Shown one piece after another: positions 43,095 to 55,604 of a stretch of 64,000 nt of DNA. Location of the stretch: assembly GCF_009914755.1 (NCBI RefSeq), contig NC_060932.1; one strand, given 5' to 3'. A program made the translations under genes and the position numbers. Under the pieces are notes generated by a model, which was not told the origin of the DNA, ran no database searches, and was given only the letters and a program-made list of their open reading frames with translations. Position 1 is the stretch's first letter. Each line of letters begins with the position of its first letter. The stretch comes from the human T2T-CHM13v2.0 reference genome, Homo sapiens.

Positions 43095-46000
43095 ATGAAG
43101 TCCTGCCTGTGTTGCCTGACTTTGTCACTGAGACCAGAAGGAGACCCCATGCGGAATCAACTAGCAAACACAAACAGCTGCCTGGTGCTGCAGGGCAAAC
43201 AGACTTGATGATGAAATTCTCAAAATTCATCATTGCCTAATTTTTTTTTTTTTTAGAAATATGCACCATTTTGTTAGCCAAAGTGCAGATTTTCTTAGAG
43301 AAAACAGGAAAATTATTGATATGGGTACACTCACAACGTGCTAAATACAAACTAAACAGATAACCCATAAGGCAGAAAATCTAACCCCTCCCCGACTCCA
43401 TTTCTGCCTTTGTCCCTTTCCATCTGCATGGCTGTCCCCCACCCTGGCAAGTGCTCTGCCTCTCCCAAGAGCATTTTTGGGGGTCCAGCCAGGTAGCACC
43501 ACCTTCCTTATCCCTTAGTCCTTCCTGCTGCTCAGAGAGGAATTTTCTGGAGCTGGGCTCTAATCAGTGCACAGAGGTGGGATGGAGATGAGTTTTTTTA
43601 AAATATAATTTATCACGCATTTGCACCCATTGTTCTCCCAACCAGATTGCAAGCCACTAGGATACAGGGTCATGTCTAGTTTCTCTTGCCTGCCCTCCCC
43701 TCCCCAGCTCCCAAATTAGACATGGCAGAGTATCTTTACTACACTGGGCTGGCAATTCATGTTTTACACTGAATAAGTAGATAAGGCAGAATTGTCTATT
43801 TTTATGTTGTTTTTTGGCAGGTCCCTGCCAGACTTCATAGGCATAAACTATGGGATACATCTCGTGTGCATCCAAGTGAGAGAGAGGACAGTAAAACACA
43901 GTTACCTACACAGACAGGGAAAATCACACTCACACATACACACCGACAGAATTTCATTTAATCAAGTGCACATTGGAAGTAGAAAGCATGAAGCTGAAAG
44001 TACTCCAGCTCTGTTTAGCCAACACTAAACCATAAGAGGGACCTCAGCCTTTAACACATGGCCGGGTTTGACAACTCTTTGGTTCCAGACTGACTTCCCA
44101 ACTGACCAGTTGCTTTTGCGTCTCTTAGATTCAGCTTCACCTTGAATCCCAACTTCCTCCCTCCCCCTCCCTACTTCCCTGGGCGTTCTCTGGCTTTTCA
44201 GTCCTGGTATGAGCCAAGCAAAGCTCAATTAGCTAATGAGGTGCCCAAGACCAGCACCAAGACTGTCTCCAAGGGCCAACCAGGCCATTAACTGCCATCA
44301 TCAGTGTTAATTTACAACCTTGCCTACCACATGGAGTGCGGGGATGCTGTGAAGTTCTGCCAACCTTTTGGCTGACAGGGATACAGAGAAGTGCTGGCAA
44401 GGCAAAAACAGAGTAAATTAAAAATATGCTTCAATCTATAGGCTCTATTTATCTATGTCTTTCTTTAGTAATATAACATTAAGGTAAAAGGTCATAGCCC
44501 CACTGAAATATAATTTATATTTACCTTTTATTAAATAATTATGGCATGGCATGAAGTTAAATATTACAGAAGCTAATCAAGAGGGAATTCAAGAGAGAAA
44601 ACTCAGACATGAGAATTTCGTCTTTGCTATACATAGAATGTCTTAATCCTCCACTGGGAGTCATTCGGGTTTGCTTAAGGAGTTTAATAATACACATTTC
44701 AACTGCCACAGAATCTAAATCCCATTTGGATCAGCCTTGAAAAACTTTCATCAATACCTTGAGATTTCATAATATTTCTCTTGAGAGCCTGGATCTCATG
44801 TGCCATTTCTCATTTTGATTGCGGGTATAATATATGAGATTACTTACATATATCTTGGACCCAATAAATAAATATAAACTATAAGCAATATGTGAATGGT
44901 TTCTTTTTTAAAGTAAATAGTATTTAACTAAAAATATCTACTGGGAACCACTCTTTAAAAAAAAAAAAGCTGGCTGGTGCTCAATATTAATTTTCCCAAA
45001 GGATTAGTGCGATATAAAATTCTATATGTTTTTAATTTTCTTTCCTTAAGAGGAGGCACAGGGAGCAGATAATGCTTACCCCATCTTATACTTCTACTTC
45101 TGTTTCACAAAAATGAAGGGGACACTGGCTAACATGGAAAGGGGGCTCTTTGTTAGAACCCTGTTCAGCCCTTAACAATTACAGCCTTGACACTGCAGGC
45201 TGGAGGTCATTTATGCTCTTGACCAGCAGGGGCACTGATTGCAAAGATGGCAACATCAAGGCCTGGTTGCTTTTTTTAAAAAAAATGTGAGAGAAGATGA
45301 TGATGAGTGAGGCAAGATCTGAGTTCTCAATTGGCTGCCACTCTGGGGATGTTGGCGGATCACACTGCTGGCCTCGGTTGCAGCTTTACTCACCAGTGAG
45401 TCTTCCCTTGGATCCTAGGATTACCATGGAATCTGTAAATGGTCATCAGGAGGCCAATAAAAGTAGAAATTCTAAGCCTAGCCATGTGTTTGTGCATCTG
45501 TGCATTATCTGCAGAAAGGGAGCTTCACTTCGTCAGATGTTCACACAGCCCATGGTCTCCTAAGGGTGACAGCCCACAGAACTAGAGGATCACTACAGTC
45601 CTAACTCTAAATTCCAACTTTCTTCAAGAATAAGGAAAACCACTGAAAGGTTTTCTTTGCATTGTAAGAAAGCAAACAACAACAACAACAACAACAACAA
45701 ACCCTTAAATCTATATAATGTGACTGCCATATAAACACAAGACCAGAAGACAGACACTGACTGGCAATGGAAGAGAAAACATGCTTTAACAATACCTGCC
45801 ACGTGGCTTTGGCCAAGGAGAATTACTCTCTGTTGACAGCGTAGGAAGGCATGAAACACAATCTGGCTTTGGGAGGAATTTAGATAACACAGACGAGCTC
45901 CTGCCCTCGTGCCACTTTAGGACGTCTCTGTCCTCTTTCCTTACATAGTACTTTCTTCCCACATGTTCATTCCCACAAAGTCTGTCTTCCATGTGCTAGG

Positions 46001-47669
46001 ATTTGGGTTCCCTTCTCTCTCCCTCGTCCTTCCCCTTCCAATTTCCTTGTCTATTTGTCTCCCTTCTGCCCTATTCCTCATGTGTCCAACATGCAAAGGC
46101 TACGTTAAATTCACACTTAAATGCTAAGTTTTTCATTGCATATGATGGTGTGATGGGATAAAGCTGGTCCTAGCTTGGGAGCTGCCTTAGTTCCCAACAC
46201 TAACAAATGACACAACCTTCATCAGGTCACTTGGCCAGGTGAGGCTTTGGTTTATTTCTCTGTGAAGACAAAGGATTGGGGTAAATGGCTTCTAAGACCC
46301 CTTTCAAGCTCTTACATTTTATGATTCTAAGGCTATCACTGATTTGGAGCAGTGGCTTTCTTCTCTGAGGAGTAGAGGGTGGAGCTGAAGTCAAGGCTGT
46401 TGAATTAAGTTGTCTTTAACCTTGGCTACATTGAAATCTCTCCCCACATCCATTTGTTTCAATGTAGCAAAAGTTCAGTGTCACCAATTTAAAAACAAAA
46501 AGGAACAAAGATAATATAGGAACACATTATTAAGAGGCGGTACCTGCCTTTGTGGACACAGGAACAAGAATACGAGGAGAGAACCAACAGTGCACAAGTG
46601 AAAGATTAGACTGAAGCCTCTGATATTTAATTTTAAATGAAATATTAATTTAATATTTAATTACACTTTGGTTTCCAGAAAAACTGCAGCAGCAAGACAG
46701 ATTGTTTGAAGAAGGGAATAATATACATGGTTAAGGAGACAACTGTAAAAATTAAAGATAAATTTCAAGGGTAAATCTAAATGCCACAATGGAGCAGTTA
46801 TAAATACACTCTTGCTCTCTGTAATGTGTATTTAGAATATTATAGCCGAGTGTGCCAATCCATTAAGGGGCTGGGATGTCTCTAGTGAAACAGCAGCCCC
46901 CTATTCTGGGGCTAACAACGGAGACATCATTTCTCAGACTCAGCTGAATGATGTATCTGAATTTCACAAGAGGTGGGAGTGGAGACAACTTCAGTAAAAG
47001 TGCAGGCTACCAGGGGGGCTATTGACTCAACCTGTCTCCAGTTTGAACAGGGAATAGTTGTACTTGGGCCAGTTTCTGATGTCTGAATTGGGTATTTTTA
47101 ACTAAAAATCAGATTCATTTCTTCAATGGGAATTTTTTTTTCCAGGATAACGCTATATGGGGAAAAAAAATGCGAAGTGGATGAGCTATTAACATTTGAA
47201 ATCCAGTTTGCACATCTGTGCAGCACAGCTTTATGAAGGCAGGCCCCACAATTCACACACAGCCTTGGGGAGGAGGCTGTTCAGGGTATGATTTGGGGGT
47301 GTGTGGAAAAACCTCGGCCTCTGATTTTTCCTCCCAGCTGCTGCCTGTTCTTGCCTTAATCCTGTCGATGAATACTTTCTCCCAAATAATGAACAGAAAA
47401 AAAAAATTGTTTTTTGCCAAAGTAGAAGATAAGAAGTATTCTGGGAGAGGGGGTTAGTTAGCATGAATTCTCTGGTTTCTTGGTGCATCTCAACTAGCAG
47501 GTTGTCTATGTAGACCTCTAAGTTCTCTTGCACACCTTGTCAAGCACCTACTCTGCATGTACCTGGGCCAGCTGGGACACAGTCAATCTCTTCTGCTCCT
47601 TTGGTCCACCTTTTATTTTTTATTTATTTATTTTTTTCTTACAAGAACTTCTGGGTTCTTTTAAAAAAT

Positions 47670-47970
47670 TATTTATTTATTTATTTAAGAAACAAGGTTT
47701 CCCTCTGTCGCCCAGGCTGGAGTACAGTAGTGCAATCATAGCTCACTGCAGCCTCAATCTCCTGGGCTCAAGCGTTTCTCCCACCTTGGGCTCCCAAGAG
47801 CTGGGACTACAAGCCCATGCCCCACCAGCCTGGCTAACTTTTTTTTTTTTTTTTTTTTTTTGGAGATGGGATCTTGCCTGGGTTGGTCTCAAACTCCTGG
47901 CCTCAAGTGATCCTCTGGCCTCAGCCTCCCAAAGTACTGGAATTTCAGGGGGGAACCATGGTGCCTGGCT
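47670..47970 (-). mobile_element. AluJ with expanded middle poly-T
   Basis: Antisense Alu. Confidence 0.9.
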
Positions 47971-48803
47971 TCTACCTTTTAATACCTGCTTCCTTGTGAC
48001 CCCCTGTCCCTCTCCTGCAAAGGCCATGTTCTTGGGCTCCCTTGGCCTTCTCTGTCTCCTGCAAAAACCTGATTTCTAATCTAGATCGAGATATTCAGGG
48101 CATGATGTGGTAGGTCTTTCAAGATGAATCCACATTTTCCAGAAGACAGACAAAGAAGCCCTGCGCTGGTCCAACAGCAAAGAGGGAGGACGCTCCCCAG
48201 AGCTGCATGTATCCTCCCACCAGATGCTTACAACAGTGACTTGTGCTTGTGCTTTTATATTTATATACATAAATACCTTTGCATATGTATGTAATTTTAT
48301 CTTTCTAATGGGGTAAGTATATCCTCATTTTTAGGTTAGAAAAATGGCACAAAGAAAAGTTGCTTTTCCTGAAAGTTGGAATGCAAATCCCTGCCTCTTC
48401 ACTCTGTCATCAGCTCTCTTCTATACAACAGCCTGCCCCAGCGCCAGGTTCTCTCAAGCTTAATAAAAATGTGGAGTTCATATTTCTTTGCCTCCTGCAA
48501 CTTCAGTTATTTGTAGAGAGGATAATTTCTATGATTTCTAAAGAATTCAAGGAACTTCACAGGCTCTGAGTGTAGCACATCATACTGACTGGAGCCTCCC
48601 CTTCATAACTCCTGCTTTTTGAGTCTTCTAGAAAGTTCCACCTAAGAGCAAGCATTACTATTGTGTTCACAGTGAAAGGACCCAGTCTCATAAGAACCTT
48701 CCCAAGGGTAGAGTGCTTTATAAGCCAAAAAGTCTCTGCAACAGCCTCATAAGCAGAACTTAGGCCTCACAAACTCATTTCTTTGTTTAAAATATACATT
48801 CCC

Positions 48804-49439
48804 TAAATTAGTTCAACCACTGTGGAAGACAGTGTGGTGATTCTTCAAGGATCTAGAACCAGAACTGCCATTTGACTTAGGAATTCCATGACTAGGTATA
48901 TACCCAAAGGAATATAAATCATTCTATTATAAAGATACATGCACGCGTATGTTTGTTGAAGCATGTTCACAAAAGCAAAGACTTGGAACCAACCCAAATA
49001 CCCATCAATGATAGACTGGATAATAAAAATGTGGTATATATACACTGTGGAATACTATGCAGCCATAAAAAGGAATGAGAGCATGTCATATTTGCAGGGA
49101 CATGGATGAAGCTGGAAGCCATTATGCTCAGCGAACTAACATGGGAACACAAAACCAAACACCGCATGTTCTCACTCATAAGTGGGAGCTGAACAATGAG
49201 AACACATGGACACAGGGAGGGGAACAACACACACTGTCGGTGGGTTGGGGGCAGGGAGAGGAAGAGCATCAGGACAAATAGCTAATGCATGCAGGGCTTA
49301 ATAGCTAGGTGATGGGTCGATCTGTGCTGCAAACCATCATGGCACATGTATACCTATGTAACAAATCTGCACGTCCTGCACGTGTATCCCAGAACTTAAA
49401 GTAAAATAAAACTTAAAATATAAAAATAAAAAATAAAAT
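48804..49439 (+). mobile_element. 5'-truncated L1PA 3' end (~640 bp)
   Basis: End of ORF2, 3'UTR and A-rich tail; TSD aaaatatacattccc/aaaatacacattctc at a TT/AAAA endonuclease site. Confidence 0.95.
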
Positions 49440-51999
49440 AAAATACACATTCTCAGACCCTCTCAGGAGAGTAGCAAGAAATATTCCCATATTGCAATCT
49501 GAAAACCAGGGCCCAGGTAAGGCGTCTTCTGAGACCCCCTTCATGCTCACCAGCCACGGCCTATTTCCTGTGCACCTCTCCAGAGTAACAGCCCAAGAGC
49601 CAAGGCATCATCTGCCAAGTAAAACAAGACAAGACCAAACAGATGGCCTTGGTATCGTGTTTTGTAATAAACTGTACAGTACTGGGAAGTAGTACAGGTT
49701 AGGTGTTAAGAGCAGAACTTTGGAATAAGACATCTAGGATTCATCATACCTTGGTGACCTTAGGCAAGTGACTTAATTTCTCTAAGTAGCAGGATCTCAG
49801 CTATGAAGTTGAGATCCTCATAGAACTGTCATCACAGATAAAGGTGGTGATACTCGGAGCCTGTAGGACAGAGCCTTGCCTTACGTGCTTAATAGATGAC
49901 AGATGTGATTACTGAACTGCTGTCATTTTTGCTTGTTATTCTGTCTTATGATAGAACTTATAAAAGACTTCTTAACCAGCTGTCTAATGTGTAGTCCAGG
50001 TTCTGCAAAGAACCACAGGAACAATAGTGAAAAGCTGTGCTCATTTACCCCCATGTCCTCACACACTGTGTTTTGCCCTGGATTCTGTGGTTGGTGCAGA
50101 TTTTACAATTAGAGACAATGACAATTCCACCCCTAAATACCATGCTCTGATATCCTCTCCCTGCATACTCACTGCCACCTGAAGTCAAGACAGCCAAGAA
50201 GTCCCTGAACAACCAGTCACTGTGGTTCTGTTGGGTGCCCCTACTAGGATTATTTTTCTGCATTGCCAGTTCTCTCTGGAAGTCTGTGCGGAAGACAGAG
50301 GATCTCTTCTCCTCTCCTCTCCGCCTAGGCTAGCATACCTCCTCCAGGTCTCAAACCAGTAAGAGGCAACTGGACTTTCCCTAATGAGCCCTGTTCTCAC
50401 GTGGCTCTCTCAATTGCGCAGAAGCAAGTTGCACGTTAGCAAACCACGGTTGGTGGAAAATTGACCTGCAAAGTCACATGTGCAAAGAAAATGTGTTATT
50501 TTTCAGAGCCCCGATGTTGTTTGTGCTGTGGTTGGCAGTGGCAACCATGGGGGTCTGGCTAATTAACCAGGTACACCTAATAATGGGCTTGGCTCTGTCA
50601 TGGTGGTGCATCCTTGGATACAGAAAATGTCAACAGTTGGACTATGGACCACAGAGTGTGTGCAGTGGGACAGGGGTGGAAGGAGGAAAGGTTCTCTGGA
50701 GTCTCCCGCAGGACTCTCCTTCTAGAAAGTTCTACATAAGAGTAAACACTACTATTGTGTTCCTGGTGAACGGACCCAGTCTCGTAAGAACCCTCCCACG
50801 GGTGGAGTGCTTTATAGGCCAGAAAGCCTCTCCAACAGCCTCAGGAGCAGAACTCAGGTTTCTCAAACTCATTTCTTTGTTTAAAATACAGATTCCCAGA
50901 CCCTGTCCGAAGAGCATGATTTGGCATTGTCTGGAATGGTGCCAAGCATAATTCTTATGATCAGCCAAATTAGGGAAACACCTTTGGGTAACAGCATAAT
51001 TGGCACCAGAGCTTTACAGATGATGGAAATGAGGCTCAGAGAGGTCAGTGACCGGATGAAAGTACACACAAGCAGTGGACCACACGGCCAGCCCCCAAAG
51101 GCAGTGCTTCCGGCTGGTCCTCCTCTCGGGACCCGTCCTGCTCACAGCACTCACTCTGCACCTTTTAAAACCCTCTAGGTTTCAAGTTTTGCCTTTTCCT
51201 CCAGAAACAGAATGACTTTTTGTCCACCTTGCCATTGGAGGTGAGTGGTTTGTCTAGGCCTATAGCAGCCTAGGAGCACTGTCCTGCAGTGAAGCACTCC
51301 AGGCGTCCAGAGTGCGTGGGTCAGTGCTTCAGGGTGGCTGGAAAGACAGGAGGGCTTTGTCTTTCTCCTCCTAGGGAAGAGGCCATGGCTCTCCAGGTGA
51401 CCAGAGTGAGGACTCAGCTCTGAGGTGGAACAGCCCATCAGCAGGTGCCTGTGGAAGCCACTGATAGTGGATGAAGACGAAATTGGCTTTTCATGTCAGT
51501 AGCTGCCAATTCAATGGGAAAGACAGGAGGCCACCAACCTATTTCCTGTGGGCTCTAGAACCCTCCATGGATGACATCAGCTTCCTGTCTCCACCAACCC
51601 AAGTGGTACTTCGCTCAGTAACCTCGGGGTGGAAGTTTTTCTAGAAAGTGGCCAGACTCCTGAGCCATCCTTGATAGCATTTGTAATTTTGGATGATGCT
51701 ATCCCTGATAGCATTTCTTCTTTATTTGTGAATGAACAAGGATGATCCAGCCATCCTTGATAGCATTTCTTCTTTATTTGTGAATGAACAAACTCCTGAG
51801 TCCCTCCCCTCCTCACTCCGACTGCCCCCGAAGGCCCTTCCTTCTCAAAGGCAGTTTCTGGAAGAAGCACCACCAACTATCAGGCTGGAAATACTTTGTA
51901 CCTGAAAAATCAAGTTTACTAATGTGCACTGTTTCAGTATTTAAACGTGTGATGCTATATTGTGCCATACTTTATTCTTTAAATTTTAAATTTTAAATT

Positions 52000-53810
52000 A
52001 TTTAATTTTATTAGATACAAGTAAGCAACATGAAAAAAATTTAAATAACAACAACACTGAGAAACCACCATTGTTAATACCTTGGCATGCAGGATTCTGT
52101 ACCCTACTAGGGTTGTTTGTAAAACTACTCATTTTTCATATATCTAAACATTGGGTCATATCATGCAGACTATTTTAAAGCTCCTTTAAAACCCATATCA
52201 CAGATGCCTTTCATGTAAATAAATATCCATCCATGGCATTATTTTTAATGTCTCTAAAAAAGTGTAGAAGATGTTCCATTATTTGTTTAATGAATCCCCT
52301 AATGTACAATGAGGATATTTTCAATTTTTCACTATAATAAACTCCCATGAACGGTCTTCCAGCAAACTCAATTATTTCCTAGGCAGACATTTCTAGAAGT
52401 AGAATTGCTGGGTCAAAGGGCACATACATCTTCAGGTGTTCTCTTATCAAATTTACATTCCTGCAGTAGTATCTTAGATAGTTATGACACCTACCCATCT
52501 CCTTATAGCTCCATCACCCATGTCCAGGGGTGTCTTTGAAACACTAGAGATACCAGAAGCTCTACATGCAGAAAGTGTCCTGGAAAAAGACCCACTCTCC
52601 AACTGACTTCAGGGACAGCCCACTCTCCTGGTTTCCTCCTACCCTGACCACTCCTTCTCAGACTCCTTCCCAGGTTCCTTCTGTCAACTTTAATCCTGCA
52701 TGCTGGTGTTCCCAAGGTGCCATATCTCCACTCTTTCATGGCGATCTCATCTGGTCCTATGGCTTTAAATCCTGTCTAGAGTATCCTGCAGTAGTATCTT
52801 AGAAAGTCCCCATTGTCTTTGAATCTTGCCAACCTGAGTATTTTCATTTGTTTAAAAGAAAATCTCTGTCAACTTGATAGGGAAAAAAAGGTGATCTTGT
52901 TGCCTTAATTTGCATTTATTTATTAGTGCAGTTGGGATTTTTTATTATAATAGGTTTCTTTGTTTACTAGTCTTCCTTCCTGAATTTAACTCTTGATGTT
53001 CATTGCTAGCTTTCTATTTGGATATTTGTCTTTTCCTCTTCAATTTCTAAGATACCTAACGTTCTCCTTTTTTTCCACAATGTATAACATAGCAGTTAAC
53101 AAACAGTAGGCACAAAATAAATTTTTGCTGAATAAAGGAATAAGTCTTTTTATACTTAAGATAATAGGCCACGTAGAGCAAATATGTGGTCTCAGTTTGT
53201 CCTTTTCCCTTTAATGCCTGGCATATTGACACACAAACATTTTCCTTTTACGTAATCACATCTTTTGCTTGATGGTGCCTATCTTTGGCCTCAATGTTCA
53301 CAAGTCTCAAAATGATAATTATTCTTTAAACCTGTAATCTTCTGAAATGTCTACATTTTTAATAAAAATATTTAATTTGAATACAGTTTAGTTTATATGC
53401 TATGAAATTTAAAATCTAACTTTTTCTTTTAATGCCTAACTAGTTGGCCCAACACATTTGTTAAGCATTCCATCTTTTCTGCGTTGACCTGACCTGGCTT
53501 CCCTCACCTACTAATACCTAAGTATTTATACCCTTAATGTGTGCAAAGTGTTTGTTTTTTAAATGTTCTCTTCTGTTGCATGACATTTCTATATGTTCCT
53601 ACAAAGCCCCATATTCTTTTAATTATTGAAACTTAAAATAGGTTTTAATGTCTGGCAGGGCAAGGGCCTCTCATTTTTCAAAATCCTCTTTTAGCACCTT
53701 TCCTTCCCAGGTGAACTTTTGTAAAGTTTTCCCAAACATTTTGTTGCTATTTTGATTGGCACTGTGTTAAATGTATTCATTAATCGACATCTTTACAATA
53801 TTAAATCTTC
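52000..53810 (-). mobile_element. Old L1M relic (hosts the 52479-52783 insertion)
   Basis: Antisense L1 3' motifs (tagaagtagaattgctgggtcaaaggg, atttacattcc, ttaatttgcattt). Confidence 0.7.
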
Positions 53811-54517
53811 CCACCTCTCCACCAGCTGGAAGTATTTTGTCCTTCCTCTGAACTCCCTTAGCACGTTATATCTTAAAAAAAAATCACTTTCTAAACTATA
53901 CCCACCCAATTTTTCAACTCTGAAACCTGAGCGTCGTCCCCTCCTTCCCCTCCCCAACCTTCACCCCATCCAATCAATCATCAAGTTGTGTCAATGTTAC
54001 CTCCTAAATTTTATCCACTTCTGCCTGTCCCCACCACCAGCACTCTGCTCCAAGCTACCATCATTTCTGGCCTGGGCCACCCCACTGGCCTCCAAGTGAC
54101 CTCCCTGCATCCAACCTAGCTTCCAAGCCATCCTCTGCATTGTAGCCAGAATGATCTTTTAAAAGGCAAATCTGATGGTGGCAATATTCCCAAAGCTTCC
54201 CATGGCGCTTGAGGAAGAGCTGAAAAAAAACAAGCCTTAATGTGACCTGGCCCCTGCCCACCTTTGCAGCTTGAACACAGCCTCTCTTAAACTCATTCCT
54301 TCTGCTCTGTTCATAAAATATATCCCATGTTCTTGTCTACCCCAGGGTCTTTGCACATACTGTTTTGTCTATTCTAAATCCTCCCCATCAACTCAGTTTA
54401 AGGAGGTTCAATTCCCCTGGCATATGTTCCCAGCATCCTAAACAACTCCTTTTAGTCCTCATCAGGTTTGCAATTCCTTGTTTAAGTCAGTCTCCATACT
54501 GATAAGGCTAATGGTAA

Positions 54518-55309
54518 TGACACAGAAGTGCTGGGAAGGGAAGGGCGTGGTACCTTTAAATGATATGGAAGTGGGGAAGGGAAGTGCTGGGTAGAGGAAC
54601 GCCTGGTCCCTGGCTAGGGCTCCACCCCTTGGCCTGTGCCCATGGACCTAAGTTAGGACAGGCATTTTTGTTTTCCTGCCCAAATGTTGCATTTCCCAAG
54701 ACCACCCTGGCCTGTCATGCCCCCATCCTGTGCCTATAAAAACCCCGAGACCCTGGAAGGCAGACACACATCAGCGGAGGAACACCTGGGTGGCTGGACA
54801 TCCAGAGGAACGCACCGACAGGCACCGGCAGGCCACTGACCGGCAGAACGACACAGAATGTGGCTGGGGCAGTTGGAGGAGAACCTGGGCTGCCGAGAGG
54901 CCCGGGGAAAACCATCTCCCTTCTGGCTCCCTTATCTGCTGAGAACTACCTCCTCTCGATAAAACCTTGCACTCATTCTCCAAGCCCAGGTGTGATCCAA
55001 TTCTTCTGGTACACCAAAGCAAGAACCCTGGAATATGAAAGCCCTCTGTCCTTGTGATAAGGCAGGGGTCTAATTGAGCTGAGTAACACAAGCCGCCTAC
55101 GGAAGGCTAAACTAAAAGAGCACCTGTAACACACACCCACTGGGGCTTCAGCTGTAAAATTTACCCCTAGACACTGCTATGGGGTCAGAGCCCCACAGCC
55201 TGCCCGTCTGCATGCTCCCCTAGAGGTCTGAACAGTGAGGCACTGAAGAAGCGAGCCACAGCCCCGTCGCATGCCCTGCGAGGGGAACAAGGGGACTTTT
55301 CCCATTTCA
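54518..55309 (+). mobile_element. Solo ERV1-class LTR (LTR1-family-like), 792 bp
   Basis: TG...CA termini, 4-bp TSD GTAA (54514-54517 and 55310-55313), TATA-like cctataaaa near 54733-54741, degenerate poly(A) signal gataaaa near 54958. Confidence 0.88.
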
Positions 55310-55387
55310 GTAATAATAAGAATAATATAAATAATAAACCACTTTTTGACTAATAAGATATGGGCCATTCTATCCACTCTCTATCCC

Positions 55388-55604
55388 AGGTGCTTTCCAT
55401 GAAGAGACCTGGCTGTACCAGCTTGTGAAGGCAGGTGGTGAAGTTTTCAGGAACGTTGTGAGCTACTTGAGTGGTAGCTTGAAATCTGCCATGGTGAGAG
55501 TATTTGACCGTGGAAATCAGTAAATGGTATAAACCCATGATTTAAAAAAGAAAATCTGCTTCTTCCTGAAGAGCCAGTTGTTAAACCTTTGCCAGCCCAC
55601 CACA
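55388..55604 (+). mobile_element. MER63-like hAT DNA transposon relic
   Basis: ggtagcttgaaatctgccatggtgagagtattt...gagccagttgttaaacctttgccagcccaccac. Confidence 0.65.

Noticed and set aside
45223-45237. CTCF-like motif ccagcaggggcac
   Set aside because: It is one G short of the CCASYAGRKGGC core spacing.
47528-48079. 183-aa ORF and similar Alu-spanning ORFs (10902, 33517, 39643)
   Set aside because: Typical Alu-derived translations.
51663-51791. Repeat-spacer arrangement resembling a CRISPR array
   Set aside because: Eukaryotic intron, only 2-3 irregular copies, and the spacers derive from the flanks.
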